Positions 10,468 through 22,500 of a DNA stretch of 64,000 nucleotides are shown one piece after another. How positions within the stretch are numbered: position 1 is the first letter of the stretch; each line of letters begins with the position of its first letter. A program made the translations under genes and the position numbers. This stretch comes from a virus: IMG/VR virus record IMGVR_UViG_3300046167_000870; one strand, given 5' to 3'. Below the pieces are notes generated by a model. The model worked only from the letters and a program-made list of their open reading frames with translations, ran no database searches and had not been told where the DNA came from.

Positions 10468-11218
10468 GCTCGAAATAATTAGTTATATCAACTTTAGTAT
10501 CTAACCATTTACTAAATTTTCTTGATAGTTTATGTATTCTAGTATCATATATTATCATTTGATCTGATCTACCTTTTACTACTCGAGGAACATATTTTTC
10601 AATATATTCTTCTAAAGTACAATCAACATAAATTAAAGTAGCAAATTCATCTACTACACTATTTAAATTATGTTCTAATGCTATATCAACTAATTTTTTA
10701 CCAAATGATTTATCTCTACAATATACAAAACCAAAATTAGGAGCTATTACTCCCTCTTCCCATTCCCATCCATACTTATTCATTCCTACTTCTAAATCTT
10801 CTAATTCTCTTAATAATGAGGGACTTTGATCTTTTACTAACATCTCCAATACAGCATTTTTAGTATCTTTATGTTGAATGTATAATGGTATTTGTATTGG
10901 TTTTTCTTTTAAAGAATCATAAAAGTTTTTATCAAATGGTTTTAATATAAAACAATCCCAATCTAATAATAATACTTCACCAAATTCTTGTAATGCTAAA
11001 TCTAAAGCTTGTAATTTTCTTCCAAATTTATTATATCCTTTTTTACCATCAAATTTTGTATCTTTTACTAATTTAGCTTCATATCCCAGTTCTTGAATAA
11101 ACCAAAATGATTCATAATCAAAACAGTATACTACTTCTTGTTCAGGATATAATGGTATTCTGGGTATTTCATGGTTTACATTACCACCCCATAATACTCT
11201 AATTATTTTTATTTTCAT
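10460..11218 (-). CDS. Putative GT-A glycosyltransferase (DxD), paralogue of 9685..10467
   Basis: LLDWDC, PNFGFVY, YFEHV. Confidence 0.6.
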   Translation of the reverse strand: MKIKIIRVLWGGNVNHEIPRIPLYPEQEVVYCFDYESFWFIQELGYEAKLVKDTKFDGKKGYNKFGRKLQALDLALQEFGEVLLLDWDCFILKPFDKNFYDSLKEKPIQIPLYIQHKDTKNAVLEMLVKDQSPSLLRELEDLEVGMNKYGWEWEEGVIAPNFGFVYCRDKSFGKKLVDIALEHNLNSVVDEFATLIYVDCTLEEYIEKYVPRVVKGRSDQMIIYDTRIHKLSRKFSKWLDTKVDITNYFEHV

Positions 11219-12176
11219 GATATTTGTCCCAATGTTTTTGCCATCTTACATCTTTTGTAAAAACTTCTCCAACCTTAAAATCGTCAACTAATTCTCTAAA
11301 CCATTTTTCTGTTTTTAAATGCATAGTGTTAATTTTATCTAACCAAATATGTTTAAAATTAACTTCTTTTTCTAAATCTGGGTTTTCAGGTAAGTACCAT
11401 TTTTCTGCTTTACCTTTATATCTTGTATGAGGTTCAACACAATTATGATGTGATAATGATATTTTATTAGTTAAAGTATTTACATGATAATCGTTTTCTC
11501 TAATAATATGACCTAAAATACCTTGATCAGTTAATAACCAAAACCATTCAGGTATATTTTCACCATTAGTTGTAACTAATTTTTTATGCCATTGATGATA
11601 TTCTTTTAATAGTTCTATGTTATTAAAACATAAGAATGATGTATTAGGTGACCAATCATCTACATTATAATTTTCAATCCAAGGTATATGAGTAATTTCT
11701 CTTTCAAATTTTTCTTTATCAAAGTAATAATAACCTCTACCTATTTCCCAATGTGCTATCGTTAAATCGTTAGTTCTAACATATTCAGGTAATTTTTCTT
11801 TGATTATCATATCATTATCAAGGAATACAAAAGGTTCTGTTTGATTTGCTAAACATTTTATTTTACCACTTGTCCAAAAATAAGCTGCATCTACTTTTGA
11901 TTTTGAATAACTATTTAAAAAATCTATATCTACCTCATCATATAGATCTAATATTTTAAATCTATGATAAAAAGCTGCTCCTACAGAATCAGTATATAAT
12001 TTAATAGGACCATTATGTCTTTGCCAATTTACTATAGATAATACTGTATATAGAATTTGATGATCAGTCATATTGTATGTGTCTGATTCTAGTCCCCTCA
12101 TGGATTCAAAACCATGGCCTCTTAACCTCTCTTTATGAAAGTAAGGTTTAGTCCAATTAACGTGTATAGCCTTCAT
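11199..12176 (-). CDS. Putative GT-A glycosyltransferase (DUF6734-like)
   Basis: LYTD, FWTSGKI, PFVFLDND, NTSF, DQG, FKHIW. Confidence 0.6.
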   Translation of the reverse strand: MKAIHVNWTKPYFHKERLRGHGFESMRGLESDTYNMTDHQILYTVLSIVNWQRHNGPIKLYTDSVGAAFYHRFKILDLYDEVDIDFLNSYSKSKVDAAYFWTSGKIKCLANQTEPFVFLDNDMIIKEKLPEYVRTNDLTIAHWEIGRGYYYFDKEKFEREITHIPWIENYNVDDWSPNTSFLCFNNIELLKEYHQWHKKLVTTNGENIPEWFWLLTDQGILGHIIRENDYHVNTLTNKISLSHHNCVEPHTRYKGKAEKWYLPENPDLEKEVNFKHIWLDKINTMHLKTEKWFRELVDDFKVGEVFTKDVRWQKHWDKYHENKNN

Positions 12177-13031
12177 TTAGTCTTTTTGTTTTATTATCCA
12201 GTCATCATATAAACTCCATTTATCTTTTTGTATAGAGTTAATACACCTAAATAAATACATCATTTCAGTATGATCTATTTCTTTTTTTAACACACCATAA
12301 TGCTTGTAATATAATGAAGATTCTTTGAGATTCCAAATACCTCCATCATCTACTATAGTACCATAATCTACATCTTTACAATTAAAAACGTTTTTGGATA
12401 ATGTTTTATGTGGGATATTTTCTTTATATAACATTTGTTTTAACATAAACTGTTCAGACAATATCATATAATTAGTATCCTTTACTCCCATTGAAGTAAA
12501 TTCTTTATGATTTTGTAAAGTTTGTTTAGCGTATTTATTAGCAAATTTATAATCAGGAAGATAGAATAAAGATACATTTGCTGCTCTATCAATTATATAG
12601 TCAATTGGTGTTGTTAATCCTTTACAATATTTAGTATTTTCTTTAGGATACCAATTATCTGATAATTCGTTATATGTAAATAGAACATTATCATTTAAAT
12701 GTTCATCTATGTTTTTAAATATTAAAAAATCATGATCAACAATTAGTATTGGGTTTGTTGCTTTACTTATTATTTTTGTTTTACTACTTGACCAAAATAC
12801 TTCCCTATCAATTTCATCATCATACTTTAAAGGTTTTATTTCATCAAATAAATCAAGTAATGGTGTTCCTTTATAATAATCTTTAGTAAGATCATCAGCA
12901 TATAGTACTGTTTTATGGTTAGGGTGATACCTTTTCCATAAACAGACGGATGCTGCTAATAGTAGTGTAAATTGTTTTGTATAAAAATCTTCAGAACGCT
13001 TAACGTTTTCAATTACCCATAATACTTCCAT
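12177..13031 (-). CDS. Putative GT-A glycosyltransferase (DUF6734-like), paralogue of 11199..12176
   Basis: LYAD, FWSSSKT, PILIVDHD, NVSL, EQ, YKHY. Start set at MEVLW (13031). Confidence 0.6.
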   Translation of the reverse strand: MEVLWVIENVKRSEDFYTKQFTLLLAASVCLWKRYHPNHKTVLYADDLTKDYYKGTPLLDLFDEIKPLKYDDEIDREVFWSSSKTKIISKATNPILIVDHDFLIFKNIDEHLNDNVLFTYNELSDNWYPKENTKYCKGLTTPIDYIIDRAANVSLFYLPDYKFANKYAKQTLQNHKEFTSMGVKDTNYMILSEQFMLKQMLYKENIPHKTLSKNVFNCKDVDYGTIVDDGGIWNLKESSLYYKHYGVLKKEIDHTEMMYLFRCINSIQKDKWSLYDDWIIKQKD

Positions 13032-13806
13032 AAACCTTTTTAAATGTAACATCAATTTTAGAATAATCTACCATTAAATATCCATCAGAATGCATAATAG
13101 ATGCTTGAGGTACTTCTTGTGCCATAACACCTTGAAATACTCCTTTACCATCTCTTTCTTGGTTTTTATAAGTCCAAGTATAAATGTTTATTCCTGATAG
13201 TGATCTACCAACTAATCTAATATTTTCTTTTAGTCTTCTATCTGATTTAACAATTCCAAATGCAGCATGAAGTGTATCTATATAAGCGAAGTTTTTACCA
13301 CCGTAAGTACTATTATAATACCAATTTACTGCTGCCGTTGATGTTAAAACTGTTCCAAATGCGTTTTCTAATCTCCAACCATTAAACTGATATCCATAAC
13401 CTGCAACAGCATTTGTTCCAATATAATTTTGAGTATTACTCATTGATTGGTTTTTATATGCTGCAATACTAGTTCCCATAGCTGCCTGAGCTGAAAAAGG
13501 GGAGGAGAAGGATATAACAGAAAGTGAAGAACCTCCACCTGACATTGCTAAATTAACATGAAACATTCTATCTTTATACCTATATCCTGTGTTCATTGAT
13601 ATATTAGAAGTACCTGTTTGTGTTGTATTTAATTTGGGATCTGTATTTTGTTTCCAAGCTGAGTATAAACTATAGTTTCCATTAACCCCCCAGTTAGAAC
13701 AAATGCCCCACATACCACTATAATACCCACAAGCTAATGTGGGATTTTGTATAGTTGAGGTATTAGATACCATGTGTAATTGACTAGTGACTTGTCCGTA
13801 GTACAT
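13009..13806 (-). CDS. Short fibre/tip protein with C-terminal peptidase S74 intramolecular chaperone
   Basis: SDRRLKENI...IYTWTY...GVMAQEV...VDYSKI. Confidence 0.8.
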   Translation of the reverse strand: MYYGQVTSQLHMVSNTSTIQNPTLACGYYSGMWGICSNWGVNGNYSLYSAWKQNTDPKLNTTQTGTSNISMNTGYRYKDRMFHVNLAMSGGGSSLSVISFSSPFSAQAAMGTSIAAYKNQSMSNTQNYIGTNAVAGYGYQFNGWRLENAFGTVLTSTAAVNWYYNSTYGGKNFAYIDTLHAAFGIVKSDRRLKENIRLVGRSLSGINIYTWTYKNQERDGKGVFQGVMAQEVPQASIMHSDGYLMVDYSKIDVTFKKVYGSIMGN

Positions 13807-13807
13807 A

Positions 13808-14350
13808 CTATATTAGGTCTTTTACATTACCTTCACCAAAAATATCCTTATAATGATTTTTAACTTTTTCATAAGTGTACTCAAAAAGGCTACCAGTAAT
13901 TATATTAATGTTTATTTTAGATTTAGTTACCATTTCACTTCCAGTAGTAATTGTTTCTATAGATTCTGTACGATAAGCTGATATTTCGTTACCATCATCA
14001 TCAAAATCAATATATTCTACTGTTTGATCTTCCCATGAAGAAGAATATGTTACTTGTTCTACTTGTACACTTTCAGTAAGTGGAAATTCTAATGGATAAG
14101 AATTATTATGAATTTCATCATCAAATGTATAGTTAGGAGATAACATACCAGAAGCATCTAGTCCTATATAATCTTCTTTATATACTGGGTGTCCTGATGA
14201 AGATTCTTTACTTACATAATGTTGTGTATTTGCAAGTATATCTCCTGTTGTTTTATGTAATACGTAATTTTCGATCCTAACATAGAAGCTACTTACTTCT
14301 CTATTAGCTCCTCCGTTTTCCGTAATTGAACCTGTAACTATAAATCCCAT
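13808..14350 (-). CDS. Hypothetical protein (possible fibre accessory)
   Basis: 180-aa acidic ORF, translationally coupled to the collagen gene; carries TGS/SSS motifs. Confidence 0.6.
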   Translation of the reverse strand: MGFIVTGSITENGGANREVSSFYVRIENYVLHKTTGDILANTQHYVSKESSSGHPVYKEDYIGLDASGMLSPNYTFDDEIHNNSYPLEFPLTESVQVEQVTYSSSWEDQTVEYIDFDDDGNEISAYRTESIETITTGSEMVTKSKININIITGSLFEYTYEKVKNHYKDIFGEGNVKDLI

Positions 14351-17300
14351 TATTTTTTATTTAATTTGTTTACTTTATCATTTAATTCTTTAATAGCTTC
14401 TATTAATATTGCTACTAATTTTTCATATTGAACTGTGATATAATTTTCACCTGTTAAACTAGCTCCTTTATCTCCATCAGCATCAAATGGTGCTTGTCTA
14501 ATTATTTCAGGGAAATGTTTTTTAACTTGTTGTGCTATTACCCCAATATGTCGATCTTTTTTATCATATCCAAATTGTTCTGCTAATTCATTAGATCTGT
14601 AATAAATACCATCTAATTCCATTACTTTATCTAAAGCACTTTCAATTCTACCTTCAATATCTTTTAATCTCTCATCTGAGTAATATGCAACAACATCACC
14701 TGTTGATCTTACTGTACCAAACTGAACTGTATCTGTAGTTCTAGTATATTGGTTCATCGCAGTAGCATAAGTATTTGATGTACCTGATGCACCTTTTGCT
14801 CCAGTAGGTCCTGTTCCACCTGTTGCACCTTGAGATCCTGTTCCTCCAGTACCACCTGCTTGACCTTTTTGTCCTTTAGCACCACCACCACCAGTTGGTC
14901 CTGTTGCTCCTTTTTGTCCTTTTGGTCCTGTTGGTCCTGTTGAACCACCTGAACCTGAAGGACCTGTAGCACCTTGAGGTCCTGTGTTTCCAGTTCCACC
15001 TCCTTGACCTTTCTGTCCTTTAGCACCCGTAGAACCTTTAGCACCACCGCCACCAGTTGGTCCTGTTCCACCTGTTGCACCTTGAGGTCCTGTTGAACCT
15101 GTTCCACCTGCTTGACCTTTTTGTCCTTTAGGTCCAGTTGGTCCTGTTCCTCCAGTTCCACCTGTAGCACCTGTAGTACCTTGTGGTCCTGTTGGTCCTG
15201 TACCTCCAGTACCACCTGTTTGTCCTTTTTGTCCTTTTGGTCCTGTTGCACCACCACCACCTGTAGCACCTGTTGTACCTTGTGGTCCAGTTGATCCATT
15301 TGAACCTCCTTGACCTTTCTGTCCTTTAGCACCTGTTCCACCACCTGGTCCTGTTGCACCTGTAGTACCTTGAGGTCCTGTTGAACCATTAGATCCATTT
15401 GAACCTGCTTGTCCTTTTTGTCCTTTTGGTCCAGTTGGTCCTGTTCCACCACCTGCTCCTGTAGCTCCTTTTGCTCCAGTAGGTCCTGTTCCACCTGTTG
15501 CACCTGTTGTACCTTGAGAACCAGTTGAACCTGTATTACCATTTTGACCTTTTTGTCCTTTTGGTCCTGTTGCACCACCACCACCTGTTGCACCTGTAGT
15601 ACCTTGAGAACCACCTGGTCCTGTTGCACCTGTAGCACCTTTTTGTCCTGTTGTACCTTGAGATCCGGTTGAACCAGTAGCACCTTTAGCACCTGTTGGT
15701 CCTGTTCCTCCAGTTCCACCTGTAGGTCCTGTTGCACCTGTAGCACCCTGAGAACCTGTTGGTCCAGTATTACCTGTAGCTCCTTTTGCTCCAGTTGGTC
15801 CTGTATTACCTACTGTACCTTGAGGACCATTATTTCCTTGTTGTCCTTTTTGTCCTTTCGTACCAGTAGTACCTTGTGGTCCAGTTGCTCCAGTTGGTCC
15901 TGTTCCTCCTGTAGCACCTTTAGCACCAGTTTCACCTGTTTGGCCTATAGCACCTTGTGAACCAGTAACACCTATTGAACCTTTTTGTCCTTTAGGTCCT
16001 GTTGGTCCTGTATTTCCTGTAGTACCTTGTGGTCCTGTTGGTCCATTAGCACCTTTTTGTCCTTTTGCTCCAGTATCTCCTTTATCACCTGTTGATACAA
16101 ATGAAATTAAAACATCTTCATTATTTGTAAATGGAGCAACTGCTGATCCTGCTTCATTTGTGATTGCTAATTCCCAATAACTTCCATCATCAGTTAAATC
16201 TGAAATAGCAAATGTTAAGAATTGTGTTGCATCCGTTCTATTAGAAATCCTAATATGTCCTTTAACAGCTGAAGTAACACTATCTATAGTTGAAAGTGTA
16301 CTTTCTATATTATTACCATCATCATCTGTAACATTAACATATGCTTTTGATGCTATATTTTGTGTTGTACTATTTAATCTTATTCTACCTGTGCCTGGAT
16401 TTGAATCCCCTGTTGCACTATCAAATGTATAATCAAACGAGTTACCACCAAAGTTACCATCTGTACCTTGTGTACCTGTAGCACCTTGTGATCCTGTTTG
16501 ACCTAATTGTCCTTTTTGTCCTTTTGCACCTGTAGTACCTTGTGATCCTACTTCACCTTTCTGTCCTTTTGTACCTGTAGTACCTTGAGCACCAGTTGGA
16601 CCAGTTGGTCCTGTTGCTCCTTTTTGACCAGTTGTACCTTGAGATCCGGTAGCACCAGTAGCACCTTTGGCACCTGTAACACCAACTTCACCTTTTTGTC
16701 CTTTAGTACCTATAGTACCCTGTGAACCAGTTGGTCCTGTTGGACCAGTTGCTCCTGTAGCACCTTTAGCACCTGTAGCACCTTGTGGTCCTGTAGGTCC
16801 TGTTGGACCATCATCACCAACTGCACCTTGTGAACCAGTAGGTCCTGTATTACCATTTGCACCTTGAGGTCCAGTAACACCTAATTGTCCTTTTTGTCCT
16901 TTTGTACCTATAGTACCTTGTGAACCTGTTGGTCCTGTTGGTCCAGTAGCACCTGTTGCACCTTTAGCACCAGTTGTTCCTTGTGAACCTGTTGGTCCAG
17001 TTGGACCATCATTTCCTACTGTACCTTGAGCACCAGTAGGTCCTGTTTGACCTGTAGCTCCTTTTGCTCCAGTAGGTCCTGTTTGACCTGTAGCACCTTG
17101 AGAACCAGTATTACCTGTAGCACCTTTTTGTCCATCTGTACCCTTGTGTACCTGTTGCTCCTGTAGCACCTTTAGCACCTGTAGGCCCTGTTGGTCCTGT
17201 AGCACCTTGAATACCTTGATCACCTTGATCTCCTTGAGCACCTTTTTGTCCTGTTGTTCCTTGTGAACCTGTTGGTCCAGTATTACCTGTAGCACCTTTT

Positions 17301-18247
17301 TGTCCATCTGTACCTTGAGCACCAGTTGGTCCTGTATTACCTACAGCACCTTGAGCACCTGTTGGACCAGTTGGTCCTGTAGCTCCTATAGCACCTTGAG
17401 CACCTGTAGTACCTACTGTACCTTGAGAACCTGTTGGCCCTGTTGGACCATCTGCACCTTGTGCACCAGTTGGTCCTGTTGGTCCTACTGCTCCTTTTTG
17501 TCCTTGGTTACCTACTGAACCTTGAGCACCATCTGCTCCTTGAGCTCCAGTTGGTCCTGTTGGACCTGTTGGTCCTACTACACCTTTTTGACCAGTTGTA
17601 CCTTGAGTACCTGTTGTTCCTTGTGGACCAGTAGGTCCTGTAGCACCTGTAGCTCCTTTTTGTCCATTTGTACCTTGAGCACCAACATCACCTTGATCTC
17701 CAGTAGCACCTTTAGCACCAGTTGAACCTGTTGGTCCTGTTGGTCCTGTTGCTCCTTTAGATCCTTGTGGTCCTGTAGCACCTTGTGGTCCTACTACACC
17801 TTTAGCACCTGTAGAACCTTGTGTTCCGTCAGCACCTTGTGCACCTGTAGGTCCAGTTAAGGATAAATCTGTTCTATATTTTATATCACCCGATGTATTT
17901 GAAACTAATATTCGAGTTTCTGATGTTCCATTTGATAAATTGTTTATATGTAAATTACTACCTGTAAGTGAAGTTGAAGCAACGATATTACTACCTGTAA
18001 TAAACCCTGCAGAGGTAATATTTCCAATTACATTAAGGCCACCTGCTGGATACCAAAATAGTTTACTTTGTGAGTCTTTATATAAAGTATCAAAATTATC
18101 TCCCGAAGATGTATCAAAAAATGGAATTTGATAAGCTTTAGAGGGTGATGATCCTGAACCTGTGGGACGTACGAAATACTTCCCTGCTTTAATTTTGTTT
18201 AAATCTGCATCACTACCGGATACAACTACTTTTTTCCAATTTGGCAT
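14350..18247 (-). CDS. Collagen-like fibre 1 with C-terminal S74 chaperone, about 1298 aa, +1 frameshift at 17141-17143
   Basis: N-terminus [12 protein letters not shown]; long GPT/GAT/GQK/GAK repeats; one globular insert; SDERLKDI...IGVIAQQV...VQYEKL...coiled coil. Confidence 0.9.
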
Positions 18248-18260
18248 GTCAATCTTTTTA

Positions 18261-18305
18261 TTATGGTTGGTTACTCATTGAGCCCACTTCCGTTATGGCC
18301 TATAA
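18261..18305 (-). ncRNA. Candidate structured 5' leader RNA of the collagen operon
   Basis: GC-rich 45-mer TTATAGGCCATAACGGAAGTGGGCTCAATGAGTAACCAACCATAA in AT-rich intergenic DNA; can be folded by hand into a small multi-stem junction. Confidence 0.35.
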
Positions 18306-18310
18306 TATAG

Positions 18311-18353
18311 TCATACATATGAATAATATACGGAAAAACAAATAAAAACTCAA
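18311..18353 (-). promoter_or_regulatory. Tandem promoters: early-type TTGA-N17-CGTATATTAT (18353-18323) and late-type ATATGTATGA (18320-18311)
   Basis: Variants of both motif families, upstream of 18247. Confidence 0.5.
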
Positions 18354-18359
18354 ATAATT

Positions 18360-19542
18360 TTATAATTGGAACCAGCCTGTTGGTTTAACATAAGGCGACA
18401 TACATGATCCAGTTCTTTCTACATTATGATTAATATTATTAGGGTCAATTGGGGAGAGAGAACGAGATACCATTAATTGAGTATACTGGTAAGTACTATT
18501 ATCTTGATAAGTAAATGGTGATACATAATGTATTTCTCGTGGGAAATCTGATGGTGATAAGGTTACTACGCTTCCTTCAATATTACCAGCTCTATTTACT
18601 ATAAATGATCTAACATAGTCATTTGCAGAATTAACATAAAAGAAAGAACTTGAAGCCCATTGAAATGGATAACTATAATTAGACTGAGATATATTTACAA
18701 CTGTACAATTTACGAATGATTTATTTGCAAAAGGATAAGGGTCAATACCTAACTCTTCCTCTATACAAAAAGAAGAGGTTGATGTTGCTGATGCCAAATC
18801 ATAGGGTCTAGATAAATGGAAAATAGTACAACAAGTCCACATAGGATCATTTTCTGCAGTAAAATCAACTTCTCTGTGGAATTGATATAAATGAGAACCA
18901 GTATAACCAAAAGATATTTGATCAACATTTTGAGTTAATGATTGGGTTACTGCTGCTATTCGTCTAACAGTTCCTAGTACTGGTGTTTAAAGTGGTTATA
19001 TCAAAATTTGAATTTAATTGATATTGTGTTATGTTTGATAATGCTGATCCTTGTCTAACCCCGAATTGTACCACAGAACCAGTATCTGGTACTTGTATTG
19101 ATTGTATAGCTCCAAATGCAGGTGATAATCCAGATCCTAATGTAGCTGCATTTAATGTTAACGATGCTGTATTATTAGTTGGACTTTGCCAAAGTTCAAA
19201 ACTACCAAGATTTGGAGCTGTAGAATCTGAGGAAGAATACATATACTGATAAACTAATTGTTTATATGGAGCACCATCTGAAAAAGATGAGGTACCCCAC
19301 CAACTAGTGTACATATAATGAACCAAACTAGCGTCACCACCATCATAACGTGAATTTATTGCTTGTTGTTGGTGATATAATCCACTATAATTTTTAAAAC
19401 TTTGATAATTTGGGAATTGTGCTGGGGTAGCAGTTGCAAAATCTCCTAATTCTAATTGACAAGTAAGTACAGGCCAATCAGCTTCTGATGTAACTTGCCA
19501 AGTTCCTCCTTGCATTACCCTAAAGAAATTTTGATTTGCCAT
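18360..19542 (-). CDS. Hypothetical virion-associated protein, about 393 aa, +1 frameshift at 18986-18988
   Basis: Correction joins ORFs 18964..19542 and 18360..18842 (…TTLTPVLGTVRRIAAVTQS…DPMWT); Ser/Thr-rich. Confidence 0.65.
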
Positions 19543-22500
19543 TATTTACCTTTTAATTGATCTATTTGGATTTGTTGTTCCTTAATAGCTTCAATTAATA
19601 AGGCAACAATTTTTTCATACCTAACAGCTTTATATCCATTTTCTCTTGTAGTTACGATTTCAGGTAAAATTTCTTCTATTTCTTGAGCTATTACTCCAAT
19701 ATCATGTCCTTCGTTACTGTGTAACCAAATCTTTTGTTCCTCAGTTAATGGTCTCCAATCAAACTCAACACCACTTACTTGTTTTATTTTTTCTAAAGCA
19801 TTAGAAATAGGTATAATATTATCTTTAAATCTTTTATCTGATGATGCAAATGCTACAACGTCATTTGTAGCTGTAATTTTACCTACTGTTGCTGGGACTA
19901 CTGCTGATCCAACATGAAGTCCACCAGCTGATACTGTTAAATGATCTCCATTGAATACTAAATTAGCTTCACCATTAATACCTGCTGCACCTGTTGCTGT
20001 TACAACTCTATCATTTGAACCATTTGTAAATGCTGTTACTGCACCACCTGGACCTGATGGTCCATCTGCACCTTGAGCTCCACCTGCTCCTTGAGGTCCT
20101 GCTGCTGTTGAATCTGCACCTGTAGCACCTTGAGCACCTTGTGTTGAATTATCTGCTCCATCTGCACCTTGTGGTCCATCTGCTCCTTGAGTAGAGTTAT
20201 CTGCTCCATCTGCACCTTGTGGTCCATCTGCACCTTGAGTTCCTGTACCATCTATACCTTGTTTACCTTGAGCACCCTGAGTAGAATTATCTGCACCTGG
20301 TTCTCCTTTTCCACCTGTTGCTCCTTGAGTTGAATTATCAGCTCCTGTTGCACCTTGTGGTCCTGCTCCTGTTGCACCTTGTGGTCCTGCTCCTGTTGCA
20401 CCTTGTGGTCCTGCACCTGTTGCACCTTGTGGTCCTGCTCCTGTTGTACCTTGAGTACCATTTGTACCTTGAGTACCATTTGTACCTTGAGTACCACTTG
20501 CACCTTGTGGTCCTGTTCCTCCTGGTGCACCTTTAGTACCTAAACTAGCTGTAGAACCAACTGTGTAGAAGAAATCTGTGCCATCACAATATATTCCAAT
20601 TACAACTTGTGAACTTAAAGTAGTAGGCATTGTAAATGCACTACCATTTAAATATACATTACTACCCGCTGAAGGTGTAAATGTTACTGTTCTGGCTGTA
20701 GATGCACTTTGTTTTATTCTTATAACACCTGTATCACCAGCTTCCCAATGATTTGCTCTATCAAGTGTAATTGTTAAATTACCTGTTAATGCTGCTACTG
20801 TTGCATTTGAACCATCTTTAGGATTAAATGCTACTGTACCTGTTGTTAATAATGCTTGTTGATCAATTGTTAACTTACCATTTAAGTATGATGTAGATCC
20901 ATCAAATGTAAAATTAGGTTCACCAACTAATCCTCCACTACCATCTGCTGTTACTAATCTATCACTTACATCACCTGATAAATTAGCTACTCCTGTTGCA
21001 CCTTTTTGTCCTTTAGCTCCATTATTAGTAAACTGTATTCTTACACTCTCACCATTAGAAAAAGTACCAGCAGCTTGTACATCTGCAGCACTAACATCTA
21101 ATAATGCTCTTGTTGCATTAATAGTATTAATACTATAATCAGCAACTGTAATAATATCACCTGAACTTTCACCAGTAATTATTAATTGTGATTGTTTTGA
21201 CCATAAATTATTGTGATTAACACCATCGGCATCTTCTAATGCTAATGAAATTTGAGTAGCTGATCCAATTGTAGTATTATTAAACCTAATTGCACCCGCA
21301 GCACCAGCCATATTTGTACTGGTTTCATAATCATAATTTAATCCTGCATTATTTCCAGGAGCACCTTTTGTACCTGCGGGTCCTGTTCCTCCATCATCAC
21401 CTACAACACTAAAAGATAAATATAATTTATCCCCATTAGAAAAAGGTGTTGTTGAAGAATAAGCTTCATCTGCTATAGTAAAAGTTTTTATATTAGTACC
21501 ATCACTTATATTTGTTATTTTAAATAATATAAATTTACTAGAATCACCCTTTAATGAAACTTGCATATATGCTTTAGCAGTTGTATTACTTACAGCATCT
21601 ATAGCATCATAAAAAGTAGCCCAATCATCTCCATTAACATCTGTATCTCTTACATAAGCGCTAGTAGCATTTGCTATAGTAGAATTACTAAATCTTATAT
21701 TACCATTTCCTACTGAAGAGTCAGGAGTGGTAGTTTGATCGTAGGTATATGGAGCTGTTATTGCACCTGAACTACCAATTGTTCCTTGAGTTCCAACTCC
21801 TGTTATACCTTGAGTACCTTGGGCTCCTTGAGTTGAATTATCTGGTCCAGTAGCACCTTGAGCACCTTGAGTTGAATTATCAGCACCATCTGTTCCTTGG
21901 GCTCCTTGTGTAGAGTTATCTGGTCCTATAGTACCTTGTACACCTTGTGCTCCCTGAGTAGAATTATCTGCTCCGTCTGCACCTTGGGCTCCTTGTGTAG
22001 AGTTATCTGGTCCTGTTGTACCCTGAGCACCTTGAGTTGAATTGTCTGGTCCAGTAGCACCTTGAGCACCTTGTGTTGAATTATCTGGTCCAGTAGCACC
22101 TTGTGCTCCTTGAGTTGAGTTATCTGGTCCAGTTAAACCTTGAGTACCTTGAGCTCCTTGAGTTGAGTTATCTGCACCATCTGCTCCTTGTGCTCCTTGT
22201 GCTCCAGTATCACCTTTATCACCTGTTACTTGGAATGAAACAACTATATCATCTGTATTGGCAAATGGGCTAGTTGCTGATGATGCTTCATTTGCTACTG
22301 TTAAAATATACCAAGCGTTTGTATCTTGACCTGCTACAGCACTTATTTGGAATAATAAGAAATCATTTGTATTAGACTTTTCTGATATTCTAACATGACC
22401 TTTTATTGTAGATGAAGCATTAGCAATTGTTGTCATAAATGAAACAATACTATTACTACTATCATCTGTAGCATCAATATAAATTGCAGTTGCAGTATTT

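Noticed and set aside
18261-18305. HDV-like/theta ribozyme or a known riboswitch
   Set aside because: No nested double pseudoknot or recognisable consensus could be built; kept only as an unknown candidate RNA.
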